DNA of 56,583 nucleotides, counting the filler, from Squatina squatina (lineage: Eukaryota): the NCBI GenBank assembly GCA_031763465.1. It is 3 parts of 3 records of this genome, joined end to end, with 100 filler letters (N's around TTAATTAATTAA, not from the genome) between each part and the next. Parts side by side here need not be neighbours in the genome. Positions count along the whole stretch, not along the records: positions 15,004 to 38,045 come from JARFOE010000234.1; positions 38,146 to 56,583 come from JARFOE010000194.1; 1 more part is not named here. One strand, 5' to 3'. Below the pieces are notes generated by a model, which was not told the origin of the DNA, made no database searches, and saw only the letters and a list, made by a program, of their open reading frames with translations. Of this stretch, positions 24,244 to 38,524 are shown piece by piece (position 1 is the first letter of the stretch; every line of letters begins with the position of its first letter). A program made the position numbers and the translations under genes.

Positions 24244-24770
24244 GCCTCACTCCCAGGCTCACTTGCCTGTGCCCTCCTGGTTCTCTGCTGGTTTTGGAGA
24301 TGTCTCCTGTGCCTGAGGTACCTCATGTGATGTCGGTGGAGTTCCCAGTCCACCACTGGTGCAGCCCCCATGACCAATTTCTCTGACTTTTTTGGAGCAA
24401 AGAATGACTACCAAGCGGCTATTCAAGGTCAGCAGAGGGTAGTTGTGACCCCCAAAATGAGAAAAGAACGCAATCTCAGCATCACCAAGGCGAGTTAGAG
24501 GTGCAACATGGCGCAGACTCCCAGGACTTGCAATAGCGCTACTAATCATTGGAGGCAGGGTGTCAACGCGCAAAAAAATGAGCATTGTCACTGATAAATT
24601 TAAGGCACACCAACGTGAGTGAATTGTTGTGCGGGCAGCCATTTTGGGTGTTGCACATGGTTATGACGTCATCAACGCCATCGAGCACTGGATGCTGAGT
24701 TTCCAGCACTAGAGGTGCAACGCCCGTTTAGCAGCAAAAAAAAATATGCGAATTGGGCGCCCACATTATC
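24244..24770. mobile_element. CpG-enriched DNA-transposon-like remnant, possibly Harbinger
   Basis: GC/CpG-enriched island in an AT-rich context with gcgttg/caacgc-type subrepeats. No diagnostic protein motif. Confidence 0.35.
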
Positions 24771-25869
24771 TGATGAAAAGCATAAGTGTACGAACTGACA
24801 AAATGCTGCAGGAAGTATCTGAATGGGTGTTTATCAATGTCTCATTCAATATGCACTAATCTAAGAAGTGGTATCTCTTTTATGCAAGATTGATATCGCA
24901 ATTGTTTCAAGACCAAGACAGAGCAAGCACAGCAGTAGGGTAGATTCCAAAGGCTATCCTTCACTAATCTCCACAAACATAAAATGTTGTCATACTATCT
25001 GCGGAGTGAAATCACAATACAGTGCTCACCAGACAGTTCCTTGAAAAAAAAAGCTCAACAATTTCCCAGAAATCAATCACTCACTCATTTAAAAGGAATA
25101 GCTANNNNNNNNNNNNNNNNNNNNNNNNNNNNNNNNNNNNNNNNNNNNNNNNNNNNNNNNNNNNNNNNNNNNNNNNNNNNNNNNNNNNNNNNNNNNNNNN
25201 NNNNTATCTCACACAATAATACAATAGTCAACTATTTCACTAATCAAAATGAGTGAAAGCTTTGCTCTATTTTTGTTGAACCCGAAGGTATAATAAAGCA
25301 ATAATGATTGACAGTTTCTTGCCTTTGGCTTCAGGCACTGCAGCAGAAGCATTGTTAATTCTATAACCAACTGGGCTGCAGTTCCCCACTCCAGATTTCA
25401 ACGGTGATAAATAACCATACAATATTCACCGACAATTGTATGCAATTGATATTGGGGTATCACAATATTCATATCAGTGCAAATTTCTTGTCAGTAAAAA
25501 ACCTGTGATTGAGGGAATGCTTAAAAGTCCTAATATTGAAATAGCAGTACGGAGTGCACCTTTGCCTCAGGGGCTTGTTCCTCATGCTCAGTGTTGTGAC
25601 ATGTTAACAGGTTTAAAAGTTGAATTTCATTTTATATAACTTTCCAAAAATAACACCCATAAAAAAGATATCTGTGTAAAGGACCTCATTGTGCAAACGT
25701 TTTTAAAATATTGTGCAATGTACAAACTAAAATACCCTGATAGAACTCACCAGATTTCTTTTGCAGTGATGTAAATTGGGCATTGTGCTCAAAGGGAATA
25801 ATTATCTGCACAGAGTTCGAATTCAGTTGTCTTCAGAATTTAGCTCAAAGTCTACTTTTCTATTATTAC

Positions 25870-26084
25870 CTCCAGTCCAACAAGGAAGTAAGCAGTGTTG
25901 AATCTGGTTCTGGGAAATGAAGTAGGGCAAGTGGAGTGTGTTGCAGTAGGAGATCGTCTAGCTAACAGTGACCACAACAAAATTCGGTTTAGAGTAATTA
26001 TGAAGAGAGACCAGAAAATATCGAAGTTAAAAATGCTCCACTGGGGAAGAGCTCATTTCACTGATTTAAGAAGGGGCTGAGCAC
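25870..26084 (+). mobile_element. CR1 LINE endonuclease fragment
   Basis: LNLVLGNEVGQVECVAVGDRLANSDHNKIRF; homologous to 5615-5806. Confidence 0.85.
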
Positions 26085-29000
26085 NNNNNNNNNNNNNNNN
26101 NNNNNNNNNNNNNNNNNNNNNNNNNNNNNNNNNNNNNNNNNNNNNNNNNNNNNNNNNNNNNNNNNNNNNNNNNNNNNNNNNNNNGTTAATCGTAGTTACA
26201 GGATATCGATACATACTCCTGTCCATTGCATGTTAATTACCAATATCGCGGTGTAAAGACTTCCTCAACTAGGATCACACTGTGTTGAACGGTTTTATTC
26301 CCGATGGAATATGATACACTTGGATGATCTGTGATGGTTCTGATCAACCCAACACCAGGCAGTAAGAGCATCTTTTCAGGGAAAAAAAACATGAAAAGGA
26401 GCTGAGTTTGTACTAAGTTCATTGAAAAGTTAATGTCTGGTTGAGTTTGATTAAAAATGGCACCTAACACAGATTTGTGCACATGCTTATCTATGTGTAT
26501 ATATATATGCATATAAGTGTGCCTTTACCTTTTAAAGTAGGGACTCCTAGAACTAAGTAAATATTTTTTAGATCTAAAATTCCCTAAATTAAAATGTTTT
26601 AAAATCTTCAATTTGGGAGAGGGGATTCAGTTTAGCATTGAGGTATTAATAGCATTTTACATATAATTTTATTGTTTTTTGATTTTTCAAAAATTATGAA
26701 AGAGAAAATATGAATCTGTGATATTTTCCTGTATTTCCAAGTCTGTTAGGCTGCACATTATTTTCCTCTTTTATCACTCAGCTACCTCTGTATAGACTTT
26801 TGAACTAGTTCAGTGCTTCTGATACCTCATTAAGCAGAATAATTGTGACAGGGGCTTGTGACCTTGTACCTCTGTGCAGTTTGCTATGCTCAGGTAGGAA
26901 TGACTAAGTGGTTCACTCCCAGTAGATTGGAAGTCATTCNNNNNNNNNNNNNNNNNNNNNNNNNNNNNNNNNNNNNNNNNNNNNNNNNNNNNNNNNNNNN
27001 NNNNNNNNNNNNNNNNNNNNNNNNNNNNNNNNNNNNNNNAAATTAAAAATTCATGAAATAGCAATTTTAATTTGATGATTACAGCATAGTCATCAAGTGG
27101 TTAATGAATAGATCAGAGTTTACTAAAAGTACTTTATGTATGCCCATCTAATTAAAATCTGACTGTAGAGTTTCATAGATTCAATAGACTCACTTAACTG
27201 GTAATAAGGTGGATTGATAAAGAACCCTGAGCCTAATTAATTTCAAATCACTAGATGTATTAGAACCTCTGAAGCTGATGGATTCAATTTACTTGGACTC
27301 CCACCATTTTGTATTCACACATGCCTTTCAGAAGCCAAACAAAATATCACTTGTCTCTTTTAAAACTAATATATAATCTTGTGTGTGCAAGATTTACTAG
27401 AAATGCACTCCAGTTATTTTTTTTCAAAAATAAGGCATGAGTTTGGTATCATTTCCATAATAAGAGATTCCTTGTACTGCTCTTGTTCCCTTTTGAGAAA
27501 TACTCCAATGACTTATGTCAGGGCTTACATCTTCAAGAGACTTCATTCAGTAATGTGCAAGTTGGAGCTTTGGATTGATCTTATGTCAATCCAGAAGCGC
27601 CCAGATTAAAAAGAGATATTCACTGGCAGGTGAATATGGGCCAATAGTATTCCAAAAATCATGGGGAAAAATCTTACCGCCCTGTTTCCACTAGAGTGCT
27701 GCTCTGGGCTCAACGATAACGTAGACCGCTACCACTCCAAGCTCTCCAAGGTGATACAACTACTAGGAAATTACCATTATATTCAAGAAAATGGAGTAGC
27801 TTGTACCTAACATTTAGATGCATGACCATAATAAAAGTAACAGTAAACTTAAAGGAATTAAGCAATTGTCCGAACCTGCAGTACAATAGTTTTGACAAAA
27901 AAAAAATCAACTGGTAACTGTTGGCACGTTAACTTGCAAAAGGAGTTTGGTCTTTTTGGTTATAATAGAACAAAAGAACCTTGTGGAAAGAAAATGAAAA
28001 TGATCCTCACATAGCTTTAATACAGCTCTGCAAAATCAATCACATTTTTTGCAACACTCAGAATCCTTGTGAGATATTGCTAGGTTGTTATAACTTATAA
28101 TGGAAAAATCAATGCAGTAAGAAAATTAAATTTTACTAAAAGCCCTTTAGGCAAAGTGCAATGTAAAATATATTTTGCCTTCCCTTGAGGTTCAGTTGAG
28201 AAGGCGAGAGACGGAATCTAGGTTAGCTGTCAGTGCAAACGATTGCAAGAAACTAGAAAGATGGCTTAGAGACTAAGCTGTTAAATGCATTTCTGTTATA
28301 GTTCCTTAATAATGTTAAATAAGCTGTTTAATCTGATAAAATCAAAGGTCAAAAGCCTCCTTCTACCCTTTTAGACTGGGCTGCGGTCAGATTAATGTGC
28401 AAGTTCCATTCCTTTGTGCAGAAGAGATTTATCAGAATGAAAACNNNNNNNNNNNNNNNNNNNNNNNNNNNNNNNNNNNNNNNNNNNNNNNNNNNNNNNN
28501 NNNNNNNNNNNNNNNNNNNNNNNNNNNNNNNNNNNNNNNNNNNNNNNNNNNNNNNNNNNNNNNNNNNNNNNNNNNNNNNNNNNNNNNNNNNNNNNNNNNN
28601 NNNNNNNNNNNNNNNNNNNNNNNNNNNNNNNNNNNNNNNNNNNNNNNNNNNNNNNNNNNNNNNNNNNNNNNNNNNNNNNNNNNNNNNNNNNNNNNNNNNN
28701 NNNNNNNNNNNNNNNNNNNNNNNNNNNNNNNNNNNNNNNNNNNNNNNNNNNNNNNNNNNNNNNNNNNNNNNNNNNNNNNNNNNNNNNNNNNNNNNNNNAA
28801 TGTCTTTTTTTTTCCTATTAGTTTTAAATGATTTTCTCTTCTCCCCTCCCCCACTTGAAACAGAGTTTATTTTTTCTTTTTTTCTTTTCACTCTTAATAC
28901 TTTTTCATAGAACTGCAGCGAAATGAATCATTGATGGATCACCAAAGTGTCACGTTGTGTTTGCTATCTACACTGAAAGCTCGAAAACAATGTTTTTCAT

Positions 29001-32000
29001 TTCATGGTTAATATTCTGCTCCAACTTCTGTTACCCCCATGGAAGAAGATAATGTTTAACAATTTCTGTATTGTTGGGGTGTAACAAGGACATTTTGAAG
29101 AAGACTAACAATTTTAAGTATGGAATGATTCACATCTTGTCTGAATCTTGTACAGACTTTCTTTTACTGTGATCTGCAGATAGTTTAAACCCCACCAAGA
29201 GTTTCTGTGTCTGTTTCCTATCTTGGGAAGGTGTCTACAATGTAGCTGATTATCATTTTACACCATTAATAAAATAAAAATGCATACCAATGGGATTGAT
29301 GTTTAATTTTCACTAATTATTCATAATGTAACTGTCATTGTTCTCTTGTATGTAGTAAGGTGACTTTTTTAGTAGACAGTCAAGTGACTTGCTACTAAAA
29401 TAGAATGGCGCAACCACCTATGAAAAGTTGCTGGGGGAGCATTGAGGAGAATTGTGTGATTTGAAGTGTGTGGAGGCAGGGGATATAACCTAAGCTATAA
29501 AAAGAATGGGGTCCCTCTCATCTTCCACTTTTTTAATTTGCCCCTGTGGCAATACTTGCAAGCTTTAAGTTGAGAGTTAGCATTGGAAAAACTAACTAAT
29601 AAACTGGATGGGTTGTGCTTTGCTGTTATTACTGCCATAGAAAGAAGTCATTCATTTTATTCCTTGCACTGAGAGATGAAAACTGAATGAAGCAGCATTA
29701 AAAACATCTATCTCTAGTACATTCAATGACTGTACAAAAGGTTCCCTCCAGGGGCGTGAAAAGATGTATTTTACACCATAGGAAAAAAAAATCCTGAAAG
29801 GCTTAATAATGTGGAGAGTTGCAATGTTTTCCTTCCATTTAAGACTGCTTTGATTTTAAGATCATTTTTCACACTTGAGCTTCTGGGCTGGTATTGACAT
29901 ATGCCACAGCGGTAAACTATTGAGACTTTATGGCTGTACAGCTCAAACATCTATTTTCAAGTTATATCGCAATAAAGCCTGACTGCATGTATCAACTGAA
30001 GTGTTCTGGGATGTTGTTTTGTTTATAGCGCGTTTACTAGACTAGCAGGATTGCTCCATTGAGAATAACTACTGCTGTATTGCCATCTGTATTGGTTGAG
30101 TCTGTGTGACAATGTTTTTATAATTCTAACTATAATTAACTGCAGCACCACGGTGTATGTAATACTGTGGTTTCATGTGATTTTTTTTTTTAAAGACCCA
30201 TAATGTACTACAAAGAGAATTAATGTGTAAACTATAAAAGAATATCTTTGCCTATCTGTGTGCTTACATAAAAGCAATACTGGTTAAATGTTGAGTTATG
30301 CTACAGCACTGATAGAGTNNNNNNNNNNNNNNNNNNNNNNNNNNNNNNNNNNNNNNNNNNNNNNNNNNNNNNNNNNNNNNNNNNNNNNNNNNNNNNNNNN
30401 NNNNNNNNNNNNNNNNNNAAATGACGCCGGGTCAGGGGCCGCCTCTACAGCGATGGCTTTTCCTGTTGCTGCTGCAGAAAGTCGCTTCACCACAATGTCT
30501 GAATTTCTTCTCCGCAGAGAGTGGATTCTTTTTGTAGTTATTTTGCCAAACATTTAGCCTCAATATCACGTATTTTCAAGCACTTTTGTGATTTTGCTGT
30601 GTAGTTTGAACATGTGTAAACTGCTATTTGATGGTTTGTTTTGTGGCTTTTGCTCCTCTAACAACTCTCATTAATCAGACAATATATATTTTGCTCAAAA
30701 GTATTGCCATTATGATATTCCCACTTTATCTCAATTAAGAAAAATACTCTTGCCCTTGTTGGTTTCTTATTTGTAATGTATCAGCACTTTTAATTACTTC
30801 AGAGTTATTACATTTCATTTTGTCAGAAGAATGAACAGCCTCATTATCGTTGCAGAGCATGATGCAGAAAACTAAGTGGAATGAGATGCAGTCTGTGTGG
30901 CTGCTGAGCGAGGAGGATAAGTGCTGTCTAGGAGCGCTGACTCATCACTGATATCTGATATATCACGGAGCTGAGGAAATGTGCCTGTATTCAGCAGAAC
31001 CAGAGGATGAATGCAAGTGCTGTTTAATTGATACTTAAGGTTTTAATTTGCATTTGGACATATGACTGTCGTAGAAGTCTGATTCCAGTTAACTTATAAT
31101 TTTCAGCAACTTGCCTAAATGCAGTCATTCTGCAACTTCAGTTCATCTACTGTAATTTCTAGAAGCACTGCTGCTGTACTTGCATAGTTTGCAAGTCACA
31201 GGAAGCCATTCATTTATATTGGACTATATTGAAATAGGAAGGCAAGTCAAGGGAACGTTACTATCTGATTAAAGTACTTCCCATGTTATGTGGCAAAAGT
31301 ATGCGTATTATCAGGATTGAAATCGGTTCCTGCCTAGTGGAGATCCACAATTTGGGTCGTCCTCTCCTCCACAGCTGTTTTGGTGATGTCACTTACAGGG
31401 AGGGATCGCGTACATCGCACTGAAGACAAAGTCATTTCAATAGGGACTGGAATCTTGGCTTTGACTGGGAGCTAATCGAGCCCCAGCCAGCTAATCTCAA
31501 TATATACCCAATCGTGTGGTTTTCTGTTTCTGCTGGCAGGGTACATAATATATGTATTCCATGCTATAGGAACTTGTCCTGCTATTCTTTGACCATAGGA
31601 ATTTCTCCATAGTGATTTAGGCTACCCAGTAATATTCAAGCATCTTGTTCCAGTGGTACTGCAATAGAGTAACCATTTCTTTTGAGAAAACCGGATCAAA
31701 ATAGTTCAACACCTTTCACACCTATGTACGCGCTCTGTCTGAGACCTAGTGAGAAAAGCAATTTAATAGAAATATTGTAACTTCTAACTACTTCAGTATT
31801 TGTAAACCTTGGGGAAGACAGTGGATAATCATGAATCGCCCCACGCCCCTCAATTTGTAAGCCAGCCGTGTATAATCAAGAATTATTCCTGCCTCCCATC
31901 ACTTCCCCCTCCTAAACAAATGACATTCATACATTATATCATTGTCATATGAATGGACTGTGTGTTGTTCCTGCTAAGTTTTAGAATTTGTAATGAGTCG

Positions 32001-32701
32001 TCTCTTGACGTTTTGACTGTTCTCTGCAAAACCAGTGAGTTTTTTAAAGCCACTTTACAGATGGAATGCAAGTGATATAATTTAATTCAATGCAAAAAAA
32101 AAAGCCCCTCATAAAACAGAATGGCAGGGAGGAAAGGCAAATAAAACTACAATTCAAGGAGAATATACATGTTATTGAGAGCACAGTTAAATGCTTTTTG
32201 CACATTTGACATTTTACTTCTGCAGCATTTGTAAAATTACACCCAGTATTTGCATAATATATGCATTGATGTATGAAAATTGCAGCCCTGTGCAAATTTG
32301 TAATGTAGGTATTGCAATGAAAATGATGTATTGGCAAAGTCTGAAAGAACTGTCTGAAGGAAGATGATGCAATCAAAACGTAAGAAAAGAATGACAAATT
32401 CCAAGAAAAATGCAAAAGGCAGAAAGATGAAACAAAAATGAAGGAAAATAATGGCATTAAATTTATGGAAGAAAAATGGGAGGAAAAAAAGTACTTAACA
32501 AAAGCTGTATTGCTGGTATAATTCTGCAGAATGTAATTAAACCATATCAGGATCCAAATGTTGTAGGCATATCATAAGGTTTCTTNNNNNNNNNNNNNNN
32601 NNNNNNNNNNNNNNNNNNNNNNNNNNNNNNNNNNNNNNNNNNNNNNNNNNNNNNNNNNNNNNNNNNNNNNNNNNNNNNNNNNNNNCGTACCCACACGCAT
32701 A

Positions 32702-32733
32702 CACCACAACCACAACCACAACCACAACCACAC
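32702..32733 (+). repeat. (ACCACA)n hexamer microsatellite
   Basis: caccacaaccacaaccacaaccacaaccacc, about 5 units. Confidence 0.9.
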
Positions 32734-33334
32734 CTTAGGCTCTAAAAACAGGGCCAATTATATTGTTTCGGATGCTAATTCAGATCTCGCCAAAAAGTCC
32801 TTGGATAGTCATTTAAAAAAAACAATTCACTTGCTAAACTAAGTGACAACAAGGGGCTATGGAATAAATTATGCAAAATAATACTCGTCGTGAAGGAGAT
32901 AGGGGATGGAATTGATCATTATTGTGTAAACTACATTGACACTGGAAAGCTTGGATCAAGATCTTCAGTTAATCTAAGGCCAATAGGAAACCATCTGCTT
33001 CATGAACATTTCGGCCAGATGGGTTTTTGTTTAATAAGGATTGTCTGCATATTTTAGTCCTAGTGTTGTTTCAGATAAATCAGCCACCTGCAGTGGAGCC
33101 TTTGTCTCACAGCATAGATACTGCTCTGATTATTGTTTTGAAAGGAAAGAACCATAGCCAGCGAGAAAATGAAATGCATACCTCATTTGTAAATACTGCT
33201 GGTGAGAACCTCTTTAAAAAGTTTTGATGAGATTGAAGGGATTGTTTGACTCATTGATTTATTCACGCCAAGTGGAGTTTATGGATGGTGGCCCAACTGC
33301 AGGTAATATACTGAGATTTTTGGATTGACTCTAG

Positions 33335-33570
33335 TGTGCAACGGCCATAAGATTATGCGAAGGCGCCAACCACTTTAAGCTTTGCTGGCGGGAGCATGTG
33401 GAAGCCGCGCGGAAGGATTGTGCAAAACCACTAGCATCCCATCCACTCACCCCATCAAATACCACCTTCCCCACCTGTGGTAGAGTTTGTGGATTATCTG
33501 GCCACCTCAGAACCCACAACTCCAGAGTGGAAGCAAGTCGCCCTCGACTCCAAGGGACTGCCTAAGAAGA
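33335..33570 (+). mobile_element. RTE-like LINE 3' end
   Basis: Degenerate C-terminal zinc-finger-like region PTCGRVCG...HLRTH and tail gagtggaagcaagtc...gggactgcctaagaagaa. The same tail is at 52643-52718. Confidence 0.7.
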
Positions 33571-35688
33571 ACAGCAAAAGTTGCAGTAGATGTGGAGAAA
33601 ATATTTGCATGGGAAGGGATTGACTCCCATTACANNNNNNNNNNNNNNNNNNNNNNNNNNNNNNNNNNNNNNNNNNNNNNNNNNNNNNNNNNNNNNNNNN
33701 NNNNNNNNNNNNNNNNNNNNNNNNNNNNNNNNNNTGTATTTCACATGTTTCCCCAGTGTGTATTTCAAATGCTTCCCTGAGGAGAATTCCATTTTATTGG
33801 AGTGGTGAAACTTGTGTTCAAGTGAAGGAGGCTTATTGTCCCCCACTGCTTACTGTCACCGTTTTGGCCAGCAGATTGAAAATGACAGCAGTCGCACTCC
33901 ACTATATTGAATAAGTAGGCATTTTGCCCGTGTTAATGTATTTGCATGCTGATGGTTTCTTATTTCCTATTAAGAGACTGCAGAGGAACATTTGTGTGGA
34001 GTAATGCTGCAAAGCTGTTTATATCAATGATATAACTACACAGAAGACATTTCCCGACTAGATAGCTTGGGTAGTAGAATAAATTTGAGTAACTCAAATG
34101 GCTATTATTATACTAAGTGTGGAGAATAGAAATTTAATTTTCAGAAAAAGACAGTTGATGTTCCTCTTTATTACACCTGCTTTAGTCTGCTGTATCCCAA
34201 TTTGATTTGAACTACAAGTAAATTAACTGATCTATTTTCAGCATAAACCTATTGTTATTTATAACGCTGGGATCTAAGGAAGTAAATTTTTAATTATTCA
34301 TAATTCTCTTGGCATTGGTATTCATGCCAAGTTCTCCTTGACTAATAGGAAGGCACTTCTCTTCATATTCATGCCATCACTCTTCCTGTGCATTACAGTC
34401 AGATGCTCCTTAGGGTTTAGCACTGCTTGGTATTCAGTCGCAGTACACTTCTCAATATTAAATTAATATAGAAGTGGAAGTGTTCAGTAACACAGTGAAT
34501 GACTTTATTATTTTTGAATGGCAACAACTAACTTAAAAAAAACTTCAAATAAATGCTGACCCTTGCTCCGTTCCGCATGCCAAGAAAGTTTTTTGTATGT
34601 AAAAAGATGGGAACAATAAATAGTAAATGGCCCTTTGATATACTTATACATTATTAATGTAAATTTGTTATTTCTCATGTGAATGCTTGTGGGAGAGTTG
34701 GGATGTTGAACCAGGATTTCTGGCACATCATTCCTCTGGAGATGAGTAACATTTTAGACTTGATTTCTTCTGATTTTAGTTGCTGACATGGATATTGCTA
34801 GGCTGTTAAATCAGTGTTTGAAATAGAAAAAAAAAACAAAGTACTGGAAATGATTTATTATATTACTGATTACATTTGAAGAAGAAAGTGATAAAGCGCC
34901 CAAGTCTATACATCATANNNNNNNNNNNNNNNNNNNNNNNNNNNNNNNNNNNNNNNNNNNNNNNNNNNNNNNNNNNNNNNNNNNNNNNNNNNNNNNNNNN
35001 NNNNNNNNNNNNNNNNNTCTTCCCATAAGATGGACAGTTTAATCCTTTAGCAGTCTTTTCACAGACTTAATAAACAGTGGTTAGGTGGCTTCATGTTGGT
35101 GTCGAGCCTTAGGATCAGGGCTGTCACACACCATATGTCCAGTCATCCATTATCCGTTTTTGCCGCTCTGCATGCTGAACTTGCCTGGCTTCTGCTGTTC
35201 ACATCTTGCAGACAATGCATACTGATCAGGTAATATTTGGCATTTGTGGCACTTGGGTGCTGTCCCCTTTCACCGCACAGGTTTATACCGTAAACATTTT
35301 TGTGATATCTCAGATTAGTCTAACATCCACTGAGTAAATGTGCACTAAGTTGCAAATGATGTGTTGTATTCCTAGGGTATGTTCAGAGAAATCAAATAGC
35401 ATAAATAATGCTAGTTTACAATAAAGTAGCTCATCAGTTAAATTAATTTAATTGTCAATGAATGTTATAGAACTCAGGATTGAGTGCTTTAAAAATGTAA
35501 TGGCTGCGACGTGATCTTGTGCAGCACGACACAGATTATTTTTAAATGTCTGCCTTGTAACAGTTTCTCAGCTACTCCTGTCCTCTTTATGTTCGATTTT
35601 TTCTTTGTCTGAATGACTCTCATACAATCTTTTCATTTTTGTGCCTGTGCCACTTTGCATCTGACTCTCGTGGATAAAGTTCAGCTTT

Positions 35689-35970
35689 CATAGAATCATA
35701 GAATGGTTACAGCACAGAAGGAGGTCATTTGGCCTGTCGAGCCCGTGCTAGTTCTCTGCAAGAGCACTTCAGCTAGTTCCACTCCCCCACCCTTTCCCCG
35801 TCGCCCTGCAATTCTTTTTCCAACAGGTACTTGTCCAATTCCCTTTTGAAAGTCACAATTGAATCTGCCTCCACCATCGTTTCAAGCATGTGCATTCCAG
35901 ATCCTAACCACTCGCTGCGTAAAAAAGTTTTTCCTCATGTCGCCTTTGGTTCTTCTGCCAATCACCTTAA
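35689..35970 (-). mobile_element. CR1-type LINE 3' end, (atgattct)n-tail subfamily
   Basis: catagaatcatagaatggttacagcacagaaggagg...; the minus strand encodes KLFLRSEWLGSG / VVRIWN-like ORF2 end remnants. Confidence 0.82.
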
Positions 35971-38045
35971 NNNNNNNNNNNNNNNNNNNNNNNNNNNNNN
36001 NNNNNNNNNNNNNNNNNNNNNNNNNNNNNNNNNNNNNNNNNNNNNNNNNNNNNNNNNNNNNNNNNNNNNNCTGTTTGGATGAAAGTCCTCCATCTTCCCT
36101 GTGCCCACCCCCGCCACTCCCCCCAACCCCACCACACCTCCTTTCCTGGCTAAGGGTTCCATTTTTATTCTTGTGCTAGGTTCCATGTTTGACAGTGCCA
36201 AATGTTCCTTGTAAACACCAACAAGTTAGAAGTTGTGATTGCCACAGCAGCTGTGATTTATTGTAGCATGTCTGTGCTGTAAGGCAGTAATTCAGTTTAG
36301 GGGTCCAATTGATGTCACAAAACAGCAAGGGTAAAATTTGGCAAATTTATTAATCAGCTGAACTTGGGACCTGACTGATGCCATCCAATCAGTATTTATT
36401 TATGTTATCTGTAGATTTAATTTATTTTTTTAACCTCTTCTGCTGGCAGTACAATTGGGTGATGGCCAAAGTCCTCTGAGAGTATTGGATTAGACTGACA
36501 AGTGCAGTGGGGCGTCACAGAATAATAGGTTCTTTGGGATGATTGGTGTCTTTCTGAATCACCAGCACTTATATGAAATATTTCAGTGAACTGGTTGCAA
36601 GAGATGAAAGAAAGGCCTCATTGCGCAGTCGTATTTTTTAACAGATTTCTATGTATGTGCATCATTTTAGTATACAGAGACATTGAAAATGCAATATTTA
36701 GATTGTTTTTCCACCCATGGGATAGTTTTTTTGGAAACAAAAATGTATGAACTTGTCACCAGTATAAAGGAGAAGATGCACGTGGAATAACTACATTTTA
36801 CAAAAAAAATTAATCGAATTAAAATTTAAAAAGCTTCGAAGTAGACCAGTTTATTTTCAGCGTTATGTGCCAGTCATTGTTTTTGAGCCCCTTTCCAATG
36901 TTGCACTGTTACTGCGCATTTTTCATTCATATAATGAACTCATTTTCATTTTGCCGTCAATAATCATATTGTTCCCAGAAGAGCAACTTGCATTCTCTGT
37001 CTGTAAATACCACCTGCCTGAGTGTAAGTGCAATAAATAATACATTGCAAACTGTCTGATGCAACAAGATGTTTTCTGGAAGACGCACAGCACTCAGCTT
37101 GTCCACGATGCTAAAACAAAGTGTGAATTTTAAATGTAAGTATGCAGTGCTCCTGTATCTCTCCCTGATGATTAACTGTTAATGAAATTGTAATGCCTTA
37201 ACACCTGGTGCAGCCAACACAGGAAACATTCTGATGGTGTGAACTTGATGTTTGGTGTGTGACTGTGAGTCCACAGGCTAGGTTTGTTCATGCATGCAAA
37301 TAAATAANNNNNNNNNNNNNNNNNNNNNNNNNNNNNNNNNNNNNNNNNNNNNNNNNNNNNNNNNNNNNNNNNNNNNNNNNNNNNNNNNNNNNNNNNNNNN
37401 NNNNNNNAAGCCATTGTAACATTTTGAGCATCTAACAAAAACATCTGGTGGACCATGGTTGCCATCTTGATGTTCTTATTAATGGCATGTTCAGGCTGGT
37501 CAAAACTTACAGCTTGTAATACTGCTGCACTTCCTTAAGAAATTACCTTTTAGTCACATGAAATCAAAAGGAATACTATTTTGATTCATCTATGAAAACT
37601 ACAATTATATCAGAGCCTTCTCATTATTAAATGAAAATTGACTCTAATGGATAGCTTCAAAATGTTTGAAATCTGGAAAGCAATTTTGGTGCAGTGATTA
37701 ATATTCATAGCTGGGGTAAGTTTAAAGATACAGCTGTTACTAAGTTGGCTTAATGTATTGAAGTACTGCATTTAATTGTGGATTAATATAGCTACGTAGG
37801 TTACAATTTAATTGATATTTAATCAACCTCAGAATAGCAATAAATGATTTACAAGGTTCTTTCATGGTCACATAATATAGTTTCAAAATTACTGAAGTAT
37901 ACTTGTCTAAATCCTTATCTTAGCCTGTGGCCTTGGGAGAAATTGATTTTCGGAGTTAAGAACTTGCAGTGATAAATGCCAATGTGTGTCATGGTGAAAA
38001 TCTGTATTTAAAAGCTCTGTGTATTAAGTCACCTTCCATTTTCTT

Positions 38046-38145
38046 NNNNNNNNNNNNNNNNNNNNNNNNNNNNNNNNNNNNNNNNNNNNTTAATTAATTA
38101 ANNNNNNNNNNNNNNNNNNNNNNNNNNNNNNNNNNNNNNNNNNNN
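38046..38145. other. Artificial concatenation linker N44-TTAATTAATTAA-N44
   Basis: 12-mer at 38090-38101 with 44 N on each side. Confidence 0.97.
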
Positions 38146-38339
38146 CTCAGTGCTATGTCCTGTGGAGAGTAACTTAAAAAAATCTAGTTGGGGTTCCTAC
38201 TCATCGCTCCTATCCTGTGAGTCCTGCTGGAAAGTGCATGGATCTGGACTTTGGGTAAGCACAGTGTTGGGCTATGACGCTCTTTGTGGTCGCCACGCAA
38301 TATCTAGGAGAAGTACTGAAGGGTGTTTAGCATCCGTAG

Positions 38340-38460
38340 AGATATAGTGGATGTGAAATTCAGCTACCGCGTGAGCTGCAGATCAGCCATGCCATGATCT
38401 CATTGAATGGCATAACAGGCTCAAGGGGCTGAATGGCCTACTGCTGTTCCTATGTTCCTG
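38340..38460 (+). mobile_element. CR1-type 3' tail
   Basis: gatcagccatg...cattgaatggc...ggctcaaggggctgaatggcctactgctgttcctatgttcct. Confidence 0.82.
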
Positions 38461-38524
38461 TGGTCTGATGAGTGTTAAACCGCTAGTATACACCCCACCT
38501 GATTTTCATTTTCATTTAAAAAAA

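Noticed and set aside
26237-26375. Possible minus-strand exon (LIRTITDHPSVSYSIGNK...)
   Set aside because: Splice signals are only moderate and no homology is recognisable, so it cannot be supported.
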